In this document: positions 1-36,533 of the stretch, one piece after another | Numbering within the stretch: the first letter of the stretch is position 1 | How the letters are laid out: the number at the start of each line of letters is the position of its first letter | From: Amoebidium appalachense | Lineage: Eukaryota; Protista; Ichthyosporea | Direction of reading: 5' to 3' | NCBI GenBank assembly: GCA_963693365.1 | Contig: CAVNZM010000017.1 | Location: 3,825,375 to 3,889,374 of the forward strand | Length of the DNA: 64,000 nucleotides | Translations under genes and position numbers: made by a program | Notes under the pieces: model-generated | What the model was told of the DNA's origin: nothing | Databases searched by the model: none | What the model saw: the letters and a program-made list of their open reading frames with translations, nothing else

Positions 1-349
1 AGCACACACACGCACCAACCATCCATATTCACCCACCCAGGCACCTGGGCCCCCCCTCCCCTCCGCCCCCCCCCCCCCCCCCCCCCCCCCCCCGTCACTA
101 AACGCCCATTCACCCACCCATACACATACCCCCCTCCCCCACAACAATCCCCACCTCCGGGCGCGCACAAATGCATCACTTTCCATCTACACTGCAGCCA
201 CACCAATAAACACCACGATACACACACAGCACCCATGTGTACCTACCGAACTATCGGGATTGATGGGGCATTGCCGGCCCTGTGTGGACAATAGGTGTCA
301 AAACCCCGCAACTATTGAAAATCCCCCTTCTGCCCTCCGGGTGTGTGTA

Positions 350-536
350 CAGTGCTTGCACCATCTGTCTGCACCAATCAGATTTTTGCAATCATATGAT
401 TGGCCGGTAATGGGAAATCTATATAGGAATCGTTTGCTTCGCTCAAAAATTGACTTTTGAGAGTCAAACCGCCAGCCAATCGCATCGCGTAGACCTGCCT
501 TGCTCCGATTGGTGCAGAAAGACGGTGCAAGCACTG
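350..536. mobile_element. Tc1/mariner-type MITE (187 bp)
   Basis: ~32-bp imperfect terminal inverted repeats (CAGTGCTTGCACCATCTGTCTGCACCAATCAGA / TCCGATTGGTGCAGAAAGACGGTGCAAGCACTG) beginning CAGTG, flanked by TA on both sides (348-349, 537-538). Confidence 0.8.
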
Positions 537-659
537 TACACCCTCTCCCCTTCCTCCTGCCCCCCCCCCCCTCCCCCTCTTCCCCCCCCCCCCCCCCCCA
601 CAAAAAAATAATAAATAAATAAAATTAAAAGTAAAATGAAAAACAAAAAATAAAACAGC

Positions 660-730
660 ACCGAACGCCCAGAACTTGCTGAACACATCCTCAACCACTG
701 AGAGGCCGACTCCACATCTGATATCTTCAG

Positions 731-764
<34 letters not shown>

Positions 765-772
765 CACACACA

Positions 773-822
<50 letters not shown>

Positions 823-1510
823 AAAAAGGGTTATTATAAACAAATAAATATACAAAAATAAATATACAGGTGGTGGTGGTGGTCGTGGAGTTGGCGTGTG
901 TGAGTGAGTGTGAGTGTGAGTGTGAGTGTGTGAGTGTGTGTGTGTGTATGTGTGTGTGACACTGGTTGTGTGTGTGTGTACGGGAGGGAGGTGGGAGGTG
1001 GGAGATAATGTGCCCAGGTGTACTGCATATGTGGACACATGCGAGATAGCACAAGTGGCTGCATGTGGACACAACCAAGCATTTCTTCATGTGTAATGAC
1101 GTGCCTGTGCTTTCTTCGTGCACACAAGACGAAAGAACCTGCCAACACTCGACATAAACCACACAAACCCTCCCACCGTCAAACACCAAACACCAAACAC
1201 CAACCTTCACGTCCTGATCCATCGTCAGTGCCTCAATCCCCGCAGCCTCTATCGTAGGGTCAAACATCTTCCGAAACGAAGCAACACGCGGCATCCCAGG
1301 AACAGAAGTGACCGACAAAGGCCTACTCCTATCTTCGGACGTGGTAGGCATGTCCATGCTCATGGGGTTTGTAGAGTGAACACCCGTGCGTGTTGGGCTC
1401 CTCCAAGGAAAACGTGAGTTTTTTGTGATGGTGGCCTGGTTGGCCCCTGTGTAGTCTGTCCCCTCGTCGCTTCCATCGTCATCGTCGCCTTCGTCCCCCG
1501 CGGGGCCCAT
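660..1510 (-). CDS. Partial multi-exon gene, unknown low-complexity protein. Best exon 1510-1205 (MGPAGDEGDDDDGSDEG...MDQDVK); possible further exons near 1140-1078 and 724-662 and a possible upstream exon ending at 3092
   Basis: 306-nt open, non-repetitive exon bounded by ttcacag| and |gttggt. Minus-strand donor agg|gtaagt at 3092 follows MPSTTRRR. No recognisable domain; the gene probably continues past the window start. Confidence 0.5.
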
Positions 1511-2158
1511 CTGTGAAACAGGGAATGATAAGTTTTTTTTTTTTTTTAAAAAAAAACAATTAAACCTTCTTTCTTCTTGTTCTTCTACGTCTTCTTCTCC
1601 TTCTCCTTCTTCTTCTTCTTCTTCTTCTTCTTCTTCTTCTTCTTCTTTTCGGGGGGGGGGGGATTTGGTGAGGATTGGCGCCATGTGTGAATAGATGTCG
1701 CACCGACGAGAAAAAAAATTAATGTATGGAAGGGGGAGGTGTACGCATGCGTGTGAGGGCTGTGGGCAAAAGTGGAACTTAGAGGGTTACAGGGAAATGA
1801 GGATTGATAGAGGGACAACGGCACGGTCGAATAGCAACTCTGGATGGGTCATGATGAGGATAGTTCGACACAAGGCACCAGAGCAAAGGTATTGGGGGTA
1901 CGGGGGGAGGGGGGTGGCGGGAGCAGTGGGGGAGAAGAGGGGACGCGTAGGCAGGGGAATGGGTGGTGGTGGTGGTCATGGTGTTTTTCTTTCTTTCCAT
2001 TTATTCCCAAAATCTTTCTTTCTTTCTTTCTCCCCCCCCCCCCCCTTCCGCCCTTTTTTCCGCGCGCACGCGCGCATGTGTGTGTGTGTGTGTTGGGAGG
2101 GAGGGGGGTGGGGGGGAGGGGAGGGGGAAGAGAGCGAGAGAGAGAGAGAGAGAGAGAG

Positions 2159-2205
<47 letters not shown>

Positions 2206-2276
2206 CAGAGAGGGGAGAGAGGGAGAGGGTGAGAGAGAGGGAGGGGGAGGGAGGGAGGGAGGGGGAGGGAGGGAGG

Positions 2277-2334
<58 letters not shown>

Positions 2335-2370
2335 CAGGAAGGGAGGGAGGGAGGGAGGGAGGGAGGGAGG

Positions 2371-2477
<107 letters not shown>

Positions 2478-3573
2478 CGGAGCTATTGGGAAAAAGCATG
2501 TTTCTACAAAAGGGAAAGAGGGGGAAACAAGGGGGGGGAGAAACGAACGGTTGGGGGGGACGAAGAAAGTGGACAAATAAAGGGAGAGGTGGGGGGGGGG
2601 GGGGGAGGGGGGAGGGCCTGGGCTTGAAAAACACAACAGTCTTTAAATAGGCTAAATCAAGAACAGATGGAAAATACAGCCGTAGATTCCCCTTCATGAG
2701 CAGGACAACAACGAGCAACAAGCAACAGCGGACAAAAACGTGTATACGAAGAAAAACACAAACATTATGTAGCACTATGTGGAAAGATGTTTACAACAAG
2801 TCTAAAGGGGAAAAGAGAGTGATCAAAGGCACCCGGCAGTTTTGTGCGATGGCTAAGCATGTAGTGATCGTAAGCCTGACATCAGCATCAGGAAGGGCGT
2901 TCTCCTGTAGAAGTGAGCAACTATCAAAGCTCCAGGCTCAACAGGCGCACAAGACACAGAGAGGTCCTAACCGGATCCAAATGTCCAGCCAGCATCGTTT
3001 TCTTGTATATCAAAGAAAAAGAGAAAGGAGGGAAAGAATCAGTAGCTGCAAAGAGATAAGCGTTAATCACTACGTGAACGAGTGAACTTACCCTTCTCCG
3101 TGTTGTGGACGGCATTTTTCTTAGATGGATAGCAGCCCTCTCTTACTTATTCCCCACCTGTGCCGATCTTTCGACGGAGCTTCCCTTCGGAAATGAATAC
3201 ACAAGGCCCCTCCCAGAAAACCAAAACGAACCCCTCAAGAAGTTTCCTTCCTTCCTTACAACAGACTTGAGATTGAATCCACTATTATAATAAAAACTAA
3301 CACTTGCTGTGTGTGACAACACGATCTTGGCAAAGGACACGACCAGGTCCCTTCGACCGTCTCTCCACAGCTACCTACTCGCGTAGACACGGGTACGTCT
3401 CGTCGTAACCATTACAGAGTTTTAACACTCATTAATTTCTTCCCCTGTGACTTCCTGTAACAACGGTTTGGAGGCATGAAGCCCAACTCCAACTATAGAA
3501 AACATAAATAAAACATGGGCACCGACGTCGGCGTGAACTGACACAGTCTGGAACAGCTAGCTGCAGTGGAGAT

Positions 3574-3612
3574 CAAGGCCTCCTAAATAGGTGTGGTATT
3601 TAGGAGGCCTTG
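3574..3612. mobile_element. 39-bp TIR-only hAT-like element
   Basis: Perfect 16-bp inverted repeats CAAGGCCTCCTAAATA / TATTTAGGAGGCCTTG with a 7-nt spacer, flanked by an exact 8-bp direct repeat GTGGAGAT (3566-3573, 3613-3620). Terminus CAAGG fits the hAT YARNG consensus. Confidence 0.8.
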
Positions 3613-3939
3613 GTGGAGATGGTGATGTGGGCGCATCCAATCGCCCGGTACCGTGGCTGAGCTATTTTTAGACACAAAACTGAAAAAAAGAACTATTCGA
3701 GCTCGTGTACAAATCATTGAGGTTCTAATTAGTATGCAAGGTTATTATTATATATGTACTGTTCCTATTCTACAGTATCTAGATTTCTATAGCCTGTAGA
3801 TCGTGTTTGGCCATAGAAATACTCTTTTTAGTATATATTATTTTCACTGTATTTAGTAAACGCATGTCGTGGAGCAGCTCCCCAATGACTAGAGACGGTA
3901 TGATATTGCTTCTATATATAACCGGGGCCGGGCCTGCCC

Positions 3940-4055
3940 CTAACACTTACTGACGTGTTGCCGCACGTGCGACGTTATACATCTACTCAGGCGGTCCCCT
4001 TAAGCAAAAAAAAAAAAAAAAAAGAAAGAAAGAAAGAAAGGAGACACCGTGGTAG
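3940..4055 (+). mobile_element. Small MITE, copy 1 (9-bp TSD family) with an A-rich insertion
   Basis: Ends CTAACAC...GTGGTAG; exact 9-bp TSD GGCCTGCCC (3931-3939, 4056-4064); ~55 bp near-identical in reverse complement to 4189-4245. Confidence 0.75.
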
Positions 4056-4072
4056 GGCCTGCCCCCGCGATC

Positions 4073-5586
4073 CAGGGGTTGTGGGGTTTGGCTGCGCTAC
4101 CGGACGGTTTTACTTAAACGAAATCGTATTGTCAAAATTTTTCCCGATTCTTCACCATGGCAGCTACCACCTACTGAGGCGGTGTCTCCCCGCCTGAGTA
4201 GATGTAAAAACGTCGCACGTGCGGCAACACGTCAGTACGTGTTAGCCATGGCAGGTATATTAAGGCTTTCGTTTTTTCTTTTTGTGGTGGGAAGGGGTCC
4301 CACTCAGGGGAACGTGACACTGTGTGTGTGTAGTGCGGCCTTGTCTATTCCTACTGCTGTGAGAGTGTGGGGACATCTCCCTTCCACGGAGTTTCTCGCT
4401 TGAGGAGTAGTTTCTTCGACATCTGGTGGCCCACTGCAACTTACGGTGACTTCTACACGCTATCTACGCTTCTACGCGAGCTATTGGCGGTGGGCTGCTG
4501 CAACTTTTTCAACTGCTTCTGCGCTGCGTGAGTGGAGGGGTAGCTACTGGGTCGTCGAGGAGCTTTCCTTGTGGCTGCCGTGTTTTCAGCCTTCCGCAGT
4601 ATGGCAATGACTGGGTTTGCTTGCGTGCATTCTGTAGTTGTGTTTTCCTGTGTGTCCTGCCACAACTAAGCCACCTTATCAAAGAGTTATAGAGACAGCT
4701 TCTGTGGGTTTTCTAGGGGACGGGCCCGTGGGGATTGTTTTCTCGCTCGGATTTGGTCTGCATTGCTCTTTAAAGGGCTGACTTGCTTGCTATGCCCCGG
4801 TAGGTTTTGAGGGGCCTGTTGGGGGGCAGCAGTAATGATGTCTTCTTGCGGAGTGTGGCCTGGTCATCATCGCTGCATATGACTAGTTGGAGCAAACTAG
4901 TTTCACGCAAATACGTGCACTTGTACCTTTGCCCGCTGGTGTCCTTTGGTCACTTGTTGTTTTATTTTTATTTCATCGATGTGGCTCTTCTGCCACCTAC
5001 TGAGATGGCTCCTTATTTTTCCTTACACATTCAGCGAACACTGGACTCTATCGAACCGTCGAGGCGCCGCGACAGAAAGCATGCACGCGGTCGCGAGAGT
5101 GTAGCGAACGTAAAGGCATCGCAGCGTCAGTACGGGTGAGGTGGCTCTTTCGAAGTCGGTTATTTTGGTGGTCATGTAGCCTGTGGCTGCACGTTGCCTT
5201 CATATCCACTGGACCACTGATCCAAGAGAAAAAAAAAAAAATTCGAAGTCGTATTAGCGGGGTTTGTCTCATTTACGTCTTGTATAGACCCCTTAAATTG
5301 TTATATTTGACGACCCATTTCAGGTAGTTTTATATTCTTTTAGCAATTACACACCCCGATACACAAAACAGGGCTTCATATTCCGCTCTGGAGTGCCAAA
5401 ACAACCACCTGACCACCCTTTTCCCTGAGAAAACACCCATTTTTGTATGGAAAACACACCAAAATACACGATTTGGGCCTAAGTTACTGCCACAAAAAAC
5501 CAATACAGCTCCTCACAGCGTTACTTGTTTTGACCCCCTGGGCTTAATCGTAAATACGACATTTTTGCGTCGTAATTCAACCCCTG
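4073..5586. mobile_element. Non-autonomous hAT-like DNA transposon (~1.5 kb)
   Basis: 9-bp TIRs CAGGGGTTG / CAACCCCTG; 8-bp TSD 7/8 identical (CCGCGATC 4065-4072 vs CCGCCATC 5587-5594); subterminal AATCGTA motif near both ends; no transposase ORF recognised. Confidence 0.6.
4164..4245 (-). mobile_element. Small MITE, copy 2 (82 bp), nested in the hAT-like element
   Basis: Ends CTACCAC...GTGTTAG; exact 9-bp TSD CCATGGCAG (4155-4163, 4246-4254); internal 12-bp hairpin CTACTGAGGCGG/CCGCCTGAGTAG. Confidence 0.8.
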
Positions 5587-5611
5587 CCGCCATCGCGATA
5601 TCGTTATGAGC

Positions 5612-5623
5612 CACGTGACGTCA
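5612..5623. promoter_or_regulatory. Overlapping E-box (CACGTG) and perfect CRE palindrome (TGACGTCA) upstream of the cyclase gene
   Basis: CACGTGACGTCA about 650 bp before the ATG at 6274. An acceptor (ccttgcag| at 6265) implies an upstream 5'UTR exon in this region. Confidence 0.3.
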
Positions 5624-6273
5624 TCACCAGATATTACTGAACACGCGCGTCACACCAGCGCTTCATTCAACTGAGAGTCGGTGATGAGACCTGAACGAAA
5701 AACGTTTACGCCAGCATAGCTGGTCGGATGTTAGCTAGAAGGTGGAAGTAAAAATGATTGTGTGAACTGTCAGTGAAAAAATGAAATTGTAGGCAGAGCT
5801 TAGAGCTTTGGTATTATGGTTGTCGTGAAGCGCTTTCCCTGTTTAATCTTCTTTCAATAGTGTCCAACAGCAGGACTGAGTTCGGAACATGCATGGCAAT
5901 ACTGTCGAGCCAGCCAGCCACAGTTGTAAATTTGTTTTGTGAGCCTCCTTTGCTGTTGGTGGTGGGCCTTTTTTAACGCTGAGTGAACAAGAAAAGCCTG
6001 CGTGTTAAGCCGTCGCTTTGTGGTTAGGCCACCCTCGATCATAGAAGAGGGCTCTGTCGGTACTCGTATGTGAGGGGCTAAACCATGAAGCGAACGAACA
6101 GCCAAGACAGCATCTCTATGGGAAACATCAGATTCTCAGTGCACTGTATGACAAAACATACAGACAAAACGTACATCTCCCATTATTTGTGAAGGTGATT
6201 TACGGCGCCAACATCGTGCCATGTTCTGACATGGCCAGTGCAGCAGAAACAGTCCTCCCTTGCAGGCTTTATA

Positions 6274-30391
<24,118 letters not shown>

Positions 30392-30822
30392 TATACAAAT
30401 AGCGAAGGACCCAAAGCCTAATCCTATAGCCTAATGGAGTGCATGTACCATGTATAATGCATGGTTAACGTTTATATGAATGAGTGATCTATAGTGGATG
30501 AATCCTTCTGTAACTATCACTAATTTTTCTCTCTTTTTGTGCACGAAACGCTTGGTTTGTTGTTTGTTCCGCGCAAGTTTTCTTTAGACTCCCTGTATTT
30601 TTTCGTGTGTGCGTCCGCATATAGGTAGAAAAACGAATGACATTAGGAGGGGTAGATAATGTGCACACAGTCGAATAATTTGATTGGGTGGAGCTGATCA
30701 CATGAACATGGGGTAGAGAGTGTATTACCTGCCCACAACCACCTCCTCCTGCCACTCATGCACACGCTGCATCATGCTAAGCACACACATATGCACATAG
30801 TGTCACATATGCGCGCCCCACG

Positions 30823-30881
<59 letters not shown>

Positions 30882-31039
30882 TGCACCCACACCCGTGCAC
30901 ACTGTTAATCGCACACTGCTCTCACTCTTACACACACATACACAGTACAAGTGCGATATGCACACAACGGCACATTTGACGGTTGCATACACACAGATAC
31001 ACACAAACAGTATCGACAGGAACTTTAGTCTATTCAAAA

Positions 31040-31071
<32 letters not shown>

Positions 31072-31707
31072 ATGGATAAGCCACAGCTCGGATGCTCATT
31101 AGTATTGATGTGATAACCACGAAGGCTACATGTATGTAATAATCCTAGTTGCCATGTAAGGATGGTGTAAAAGGTAGAAAGTTCTCTGGTTACCCTAGTG
31201 ATATGAATACTAGATGCCATATAGTTAGTTAGGTGTATAATAAATCTCTTTAGCCTCCATGCTAGAGTTGCTGAGCAAACAGACCAACTATAGTGATCAT
31301 ATGACTCGTTCGAATAAAAAACCTTTCGCAATTGTATGCAATCGATTCAATTTGCTGGAATATAGAAAAAATTGTGTTCGCATGGTGTTATGACGTTGTA
31401 TGTTGTCTTTTCGGCATATATAATATGGTGTCGGTGTGTTGTCTCTGTGGGTTGTGTGCGTGTGCTGTCTGCGTATTTGGGTTGTGGATGCAATGCGTGT
31501 TTTCTCTATCATATATGTTGTGTAACTAGCTTGTGGTTGTCTGAATAGATTCTGTACGTACTTATACGTGTGATTGCAAGTCTGTTACAATATGGGTTGT
31601 GTAAACTTTTAATGTCTTTTGTGTTATGATTTTGGGCCTTGTGAACCCCATGTACATGGGTTGTGTACGCGTGTGTTGCCTACATACGGCTTTGAAGAGC
31701 CTTATAA

Positions 31708-31766
<59 letters not shown>

Positions 31767-32103
31767 CCAAAAATTTAAATGGTGTATCCCCATCGCCCCC
31801 CCTCCGACCTCCCCCTCCCTTTCAATTCCCCCCCCTTACCCCCTCCTCCTCCGCCCTTTCAATTTCCCCCCCTTCCGCCCCCGCCCCCCCCCCCCCCAAT
31901 TTCCCTATGCCTCTCGGTCAGCCCCCAGCCAAATTTTGAGTTCTTTTTTACACACATACACACATTCGCTCATACACTCGGCTGTTTTAACATACTCTAC
32001 TCCCCCCCCCCCCCCCCCCCCCCGGCGGCCCGCCCCCAGCTTTCCTTTTCCCCCTACCCTATACCCGAAACTTCGTCCGCCCAACCTTCCCCCCCTCCCC
32101 CCC

Positions 32104-32137
<34 letters not shown>

Positions 32138-32382
32138 CGCCAAAAAAAAAAAAAAAAAAAAAAAATGAAAATGAAAATGAAAATAAAATGGGGAAAAAAC
32201 GGAAGACCCCCCCCCCTCCCCGGTCCTATACCCTCAGGCTAGCCCGTGTAGTCGTCCCTTGTGCCATTTTTCTGCAAAGGACAACACACATCTCTTTTTA
32301 AATGCAAGGAGGACCTCGGGTCAGCTGACTTGGTGTGTAATTGGACGAAGTCAGGCTACAGCGTGTGACACTGTGCATGTGT

Positions 32383-32439
<57 letters not shown>

Positions 32440-32466
32440 ATTGGGTTGGGGGGGGGGGGGGGGGGG

Positions 32467-32508
<42 letters not shown>

Positions 32509-33445
32509 GGGGGGGAGGGGGGGGGGGGATCATCATACATGTCCCATTGTGACCTCGAGACCTCGGATCCCGAAAAAACACGAGACCGCCCGGGATTGGG
32601 GGGAGGGGAGGGGGGGGGAAGGGGGGGGGGGGGGGGGGGGGGGAGGGGGGGGGGATTTTTTAAGCCGGTAGTCCTAACAGGAAGAAGAGAACGGGCTTTA
32701 GTGGTACGTGTGGACATCACATTACACGCACATATGGCAAATAGTGACTGGTGAGCTGGAGAAATAATGAGGGGTGTGTATACGTCTAGGCGTGTTGGGG
32801 AAAAGGGAGGCGGAGGGAAGGGGGGGAGAAGAGGGAAAAAGAGAGGTGGGGGGGGGGGGGGGGGGGGGGGGGGGCTCTAACGGTAACTATCTTCCACATC
32901 CCCCATTTTCCACAGGGCAGTGGTAATGATACAATATACAAAATCCTATGATCAATTTAGAACAATTTTCGCTTTCATTTCTTTCCGTGAGCCTTTATTA
33001 TTGGGGGTCTCTATCATAGTAGGGTGGAAGCTTGTTTTCAATCAATTTTAACAACCCTTGTTTTCAATCAATTTTAAAAATGAGTGCCCACGGTTCCTGC
33101 CGATGGGTTGCTACACTATCATCCCTAATCATAGTTCAATCATGGAAACGAGCTTACTACCTGTGCATCGTACGTCTGTACCTCAAGCAAAACCTCGATT
33201 TATGTACACGTTATATTACTGCCTCTACATTTGTTAAAATCTCTATCTACAAGGCAGAGACGAAGACTTCAGGCAACACATACACTTACACAACACACAC
33301 ACACAGGGTGTGGTAACTATATTCATCCACGGCTTTTATATGTGGTTATTTGATTTAAAAAAAAAAAACCGAATTTGTGTGCACGTTCTAAACACACACA
33401 GACGGGCGCGCACATACACATCTGGTGCATCACACACACACACGC

Positions 33446-34493
33446 CTATTTCTTTGTGGGCTTGGGTGTAGCAGTTGCAACCGCCTTTGCATGTGCACTT
33501 GTCTGTGTTGCCGCCGGATCGTTCCTTTTCGTTAACGTAAACAGCACAGAGTTAGACCCGCTAGCTGCTGTAGGCACAGCAAAGGGGTCACTACTAGACA
33601 CCCCTACCGAAGATGCCGCATCAGAAACAAGCAGGCCCGTATCTACCGGGAAACCAGTTTCGGTTGTGTCTAGAGTCACATCTGTTAAGAGTGGGTTTCC
33701 AGAAGAATCGACAATAACATCAGTAGGATTTTGGGAGAAAGCGGGTTCTTGGGTGGGGCTATCGGCTGGGGATGGGATAGAGTCAGTGGATGCGTCGGTA
33801 GGAAGAACAATAGACGCGGTGTCGGAAGGAATGGGCTCGGCAGGGGAGGTTTCAATTGGTTGGTCGGTGGGTGCGGCAGCGGTCCCTTGCGTGGGTCCTG
33901 GTGTGGATAGGGTAGGCTCCTGGGCTGGGGTGGTGGTGGGTTCGGCCGTGGTGGTGGTGGTGGTGGACTCGGAGGCGGAGGAGGAGGAGGAGGAAGTGGT
34001 GGGGGTTGCTGGTGCAGTGGTTGCATTGGTGGGTTTCGAGGGCTTGCCCGCTGCAAAAGTATGCACATGTTAGAATGAGCTATAGACTTTTTTGGCTATA
34101 TAACCACCATCCCCCCCCCCCCCCCCCCCCCCCCCTCCCCTCCACACACACACACACACGAAAAAAAAAAAGGAAGAACGAAAGAAGAAAAGAAAAAAAA
34201 GACCCCCCCCCTCCCTCCCTCCAGCTGCCCCCCCAACCCCATCCCCCCTCCCCCCTCCCCCCTTCCCCTCCCTTTACACCTTCTTGCTCCACCCCCATAG
34301 ACACACACCCAGGATCCCTTTCAGTGTCCCATACAAGGACTTAGATAAACCATCTTTCTCACCTGGCGGTTTTTCTGCAGGGTGGGTTTGGGGTCCCGGA
34401 GAGGTGTGTGTGTGGGGGGGGGGGAGAGGAGGGGGGGAGGGGGGAGGGAGGGGACGGGGGAGGGGAGAGGAGGAAAGGGAGCGAGGGGAAGGG

Positions 34494-34527
<34 letters not shown>

Positions 34528-34861
34528 GGGGGGCAATATGCAACAGCTGAGTTGGCATGCCACACGAACCAACGAACATTGTTCTAAAATACAGCCACTG
34601 TTTTTAATATGTTTAAAAAAAGAAAAACATGAACACACAAACTGCTTACCACACTGCTCCTCTGTGCCGGGCTGCTCGCAGTAGACTGCGGTGGCCATTT
34701 TCTTGTTGAAGTCTTTGCCGTCTCTTGCCTTGCTGCCTGCCGCACACCAGTCCTTCACGTCGGCATCCGTGTCACGGAACGCTGCAGGTTTGCCGTCCGC
34801 ACTTGGGCCAATGCACACGTGTACACCCTGTGTGTGTGTGTATGTGTGTGTTTTGGGGGAG

Positions 34862-34898
<37 letters not shown>

Positions 34899-36533
34899 GG
34901 GGGGGGGCAGCCGGAAATGTTAGACATTGTAAAAAACAAAAACAAAAAAAACAAAAACAAAATTCAAAAGGCCCTCTAAAGTATACAGATGGCATAAGAT
35001 AAAACGATGTAAGGGCAGAAGTTGCCCAAATTGCATGTGGTAGGCGGTAGGCTACCTGCTATGAACATGCGGATGTTGCACTGTTTGGTATCCATATGTT
35101 CCCCCATAAAGACGGTTGGCCATACACCGAAAAGAGTGTGTTCAAAAATCGACACCTTACCGTACCGTACCATTAAATGCGTTGCTTGATGTATACGTGT
35201 CGATACTATTAGACATGAAAGGCAGTATAAGTTGCCACAACACACAATGAAACACCCCCCCCCCCCCTCCCACCCACCCCCCACACACACCCCAACCCCA
35301 CCTCAGCACCCCCTCCCCCCCCCCCCCCCCCCCAAAAAAAAAAAAAAAAAAAAAGACAAAGGAAAAAGAAAAGAAAGAAAAGAAAGAAGAAAAAAGGAAA
35401 AAGAAAATAAAGAAAAGAAAGAAGAAAAAAGAAAACGGGGAAGAAGAAGAAGAAGAAGGAAAAAACCACACACCAGAGAACGCAAAGAAAGGATCGAAAA
35501 GGAACCGGAGTGCAACGTAGAGAAGAATAAACACAGAATAAATCAACGCATGAGCATAAAGGCCACCCACCTGCACGTTGATTATATCCGCATCATCAAA
35601 CACCTGCAGTTCGGCCCCCCTGGACGTCTTCTTCTCCTCACAGAAGCCCAAAATGGCGGGGTTAGTCTCGCCGCACTTGTACGTAGCAGGCACATTTAAA
35701 CAAAGCTGGTTGACTTTATCCACCCATTGATAATTTGCCGTGCGGAACCACAGCTGGGAGTCACCACCATTACAATCACCCAAGCCGAGATTTTTCCCGT
35801 CTGACTGCATGCACTTGGTACCGTCGGCAGATTTGATAACGTAGAAGTTCTTCAGCGTGGCGTCGCAAGGAACAGGGTTGCATAGTTTGGTGGTGGGCGG
35901 TTTGGTGTCCGGCGAGCAACAGGCGTTCTGGTAGCCACCGGCTCCCGGCTTGCATTCGTACGTCACCTTGAGCATGCCGCAGTCGCACGTTTTTGAGCAT
36001 TCGGTGGCGTTAACAAACGTCCATGATCCCTGTGCCTTGGGCAGACTACAGTAAAGCTCTACGGATACCTTCTTGTTGTATGTGGTTAGCCCGCCGCATG
36101 TTTCACACCAACCTCCCGCCCCGTCCTTAAACGCGCACACGTCCGAAGACCCATCCGAACACGGGCCCACACACGCGTCCACGAGCGAGTTTATGAACGG
36201 CTGGTCGGGGGGGAGGAAACGCTGGTTGTTGTTGCGGGTTTTGCACTCCTCCAGTTTAACACCCACCGTTTCGACCGTGGTGAATTGGTCGATAGTTAGG
36301 CACGTGCCTGTGAGCATGTTCTTGTACTGTTTTTTCGATGTGCCCGTCCATTCCCATAGCTGTGCATCGTCACCAGTGCAATCCCCAATAGTAGCCGTGT
36401 TTGCGTCTTTTCCCGTGACCCCAATGCATTTGTCCTGGTCTGTGAGTTTGAGAACATATGCTGAGTCTACGTTACTGGCCGCACAGAGAACTGCCCCTCC
36501 CACCACCAGACCTACTATACAAGCGTAGCGCAT
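33446..36533 (-). CDS. Secreted lectin-like protein: signal peptide, ricin-B, TSP1, ricin-B, Ser/Thr/Pro mucin-like tail (4 exons, ~603 aa)
   Basis: Exons 36533-35571, 34827-34650, 34374-34309, 34050-33446, phases consistent, GT-AG. Hydrophobic N-terminus MRYACIVGLVVGGAVLCAAS; QxW repeats (DCTGDDAQLWEW, DCNGGDSQLWF); TSP1 pattern GSW..ECSKTCDCG...CNPVPC; T/S/P-rich last exon. Confidence 0.85.

Noticed and set aside
464-1684. 406-aa minus-strand ORF as a single CDS
   Set aside because: Reads through poly-T, poly-A and (CA)n introns; only 1510-1205 is a convincing exon.
3940-4245. Single 300-bp MITE with 55-bp TIRs
   Set aside because: Each arm has its own 9-bp TSD, so these are two separate small insertions in opposite orientation.
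5670-5705. Hammerhead or C/D-box RNA (GTGATGAGACCTGAACGAAA)
   Set aside because: Lacks the conserved C3 and closing stems; C and D boxes are too close together.
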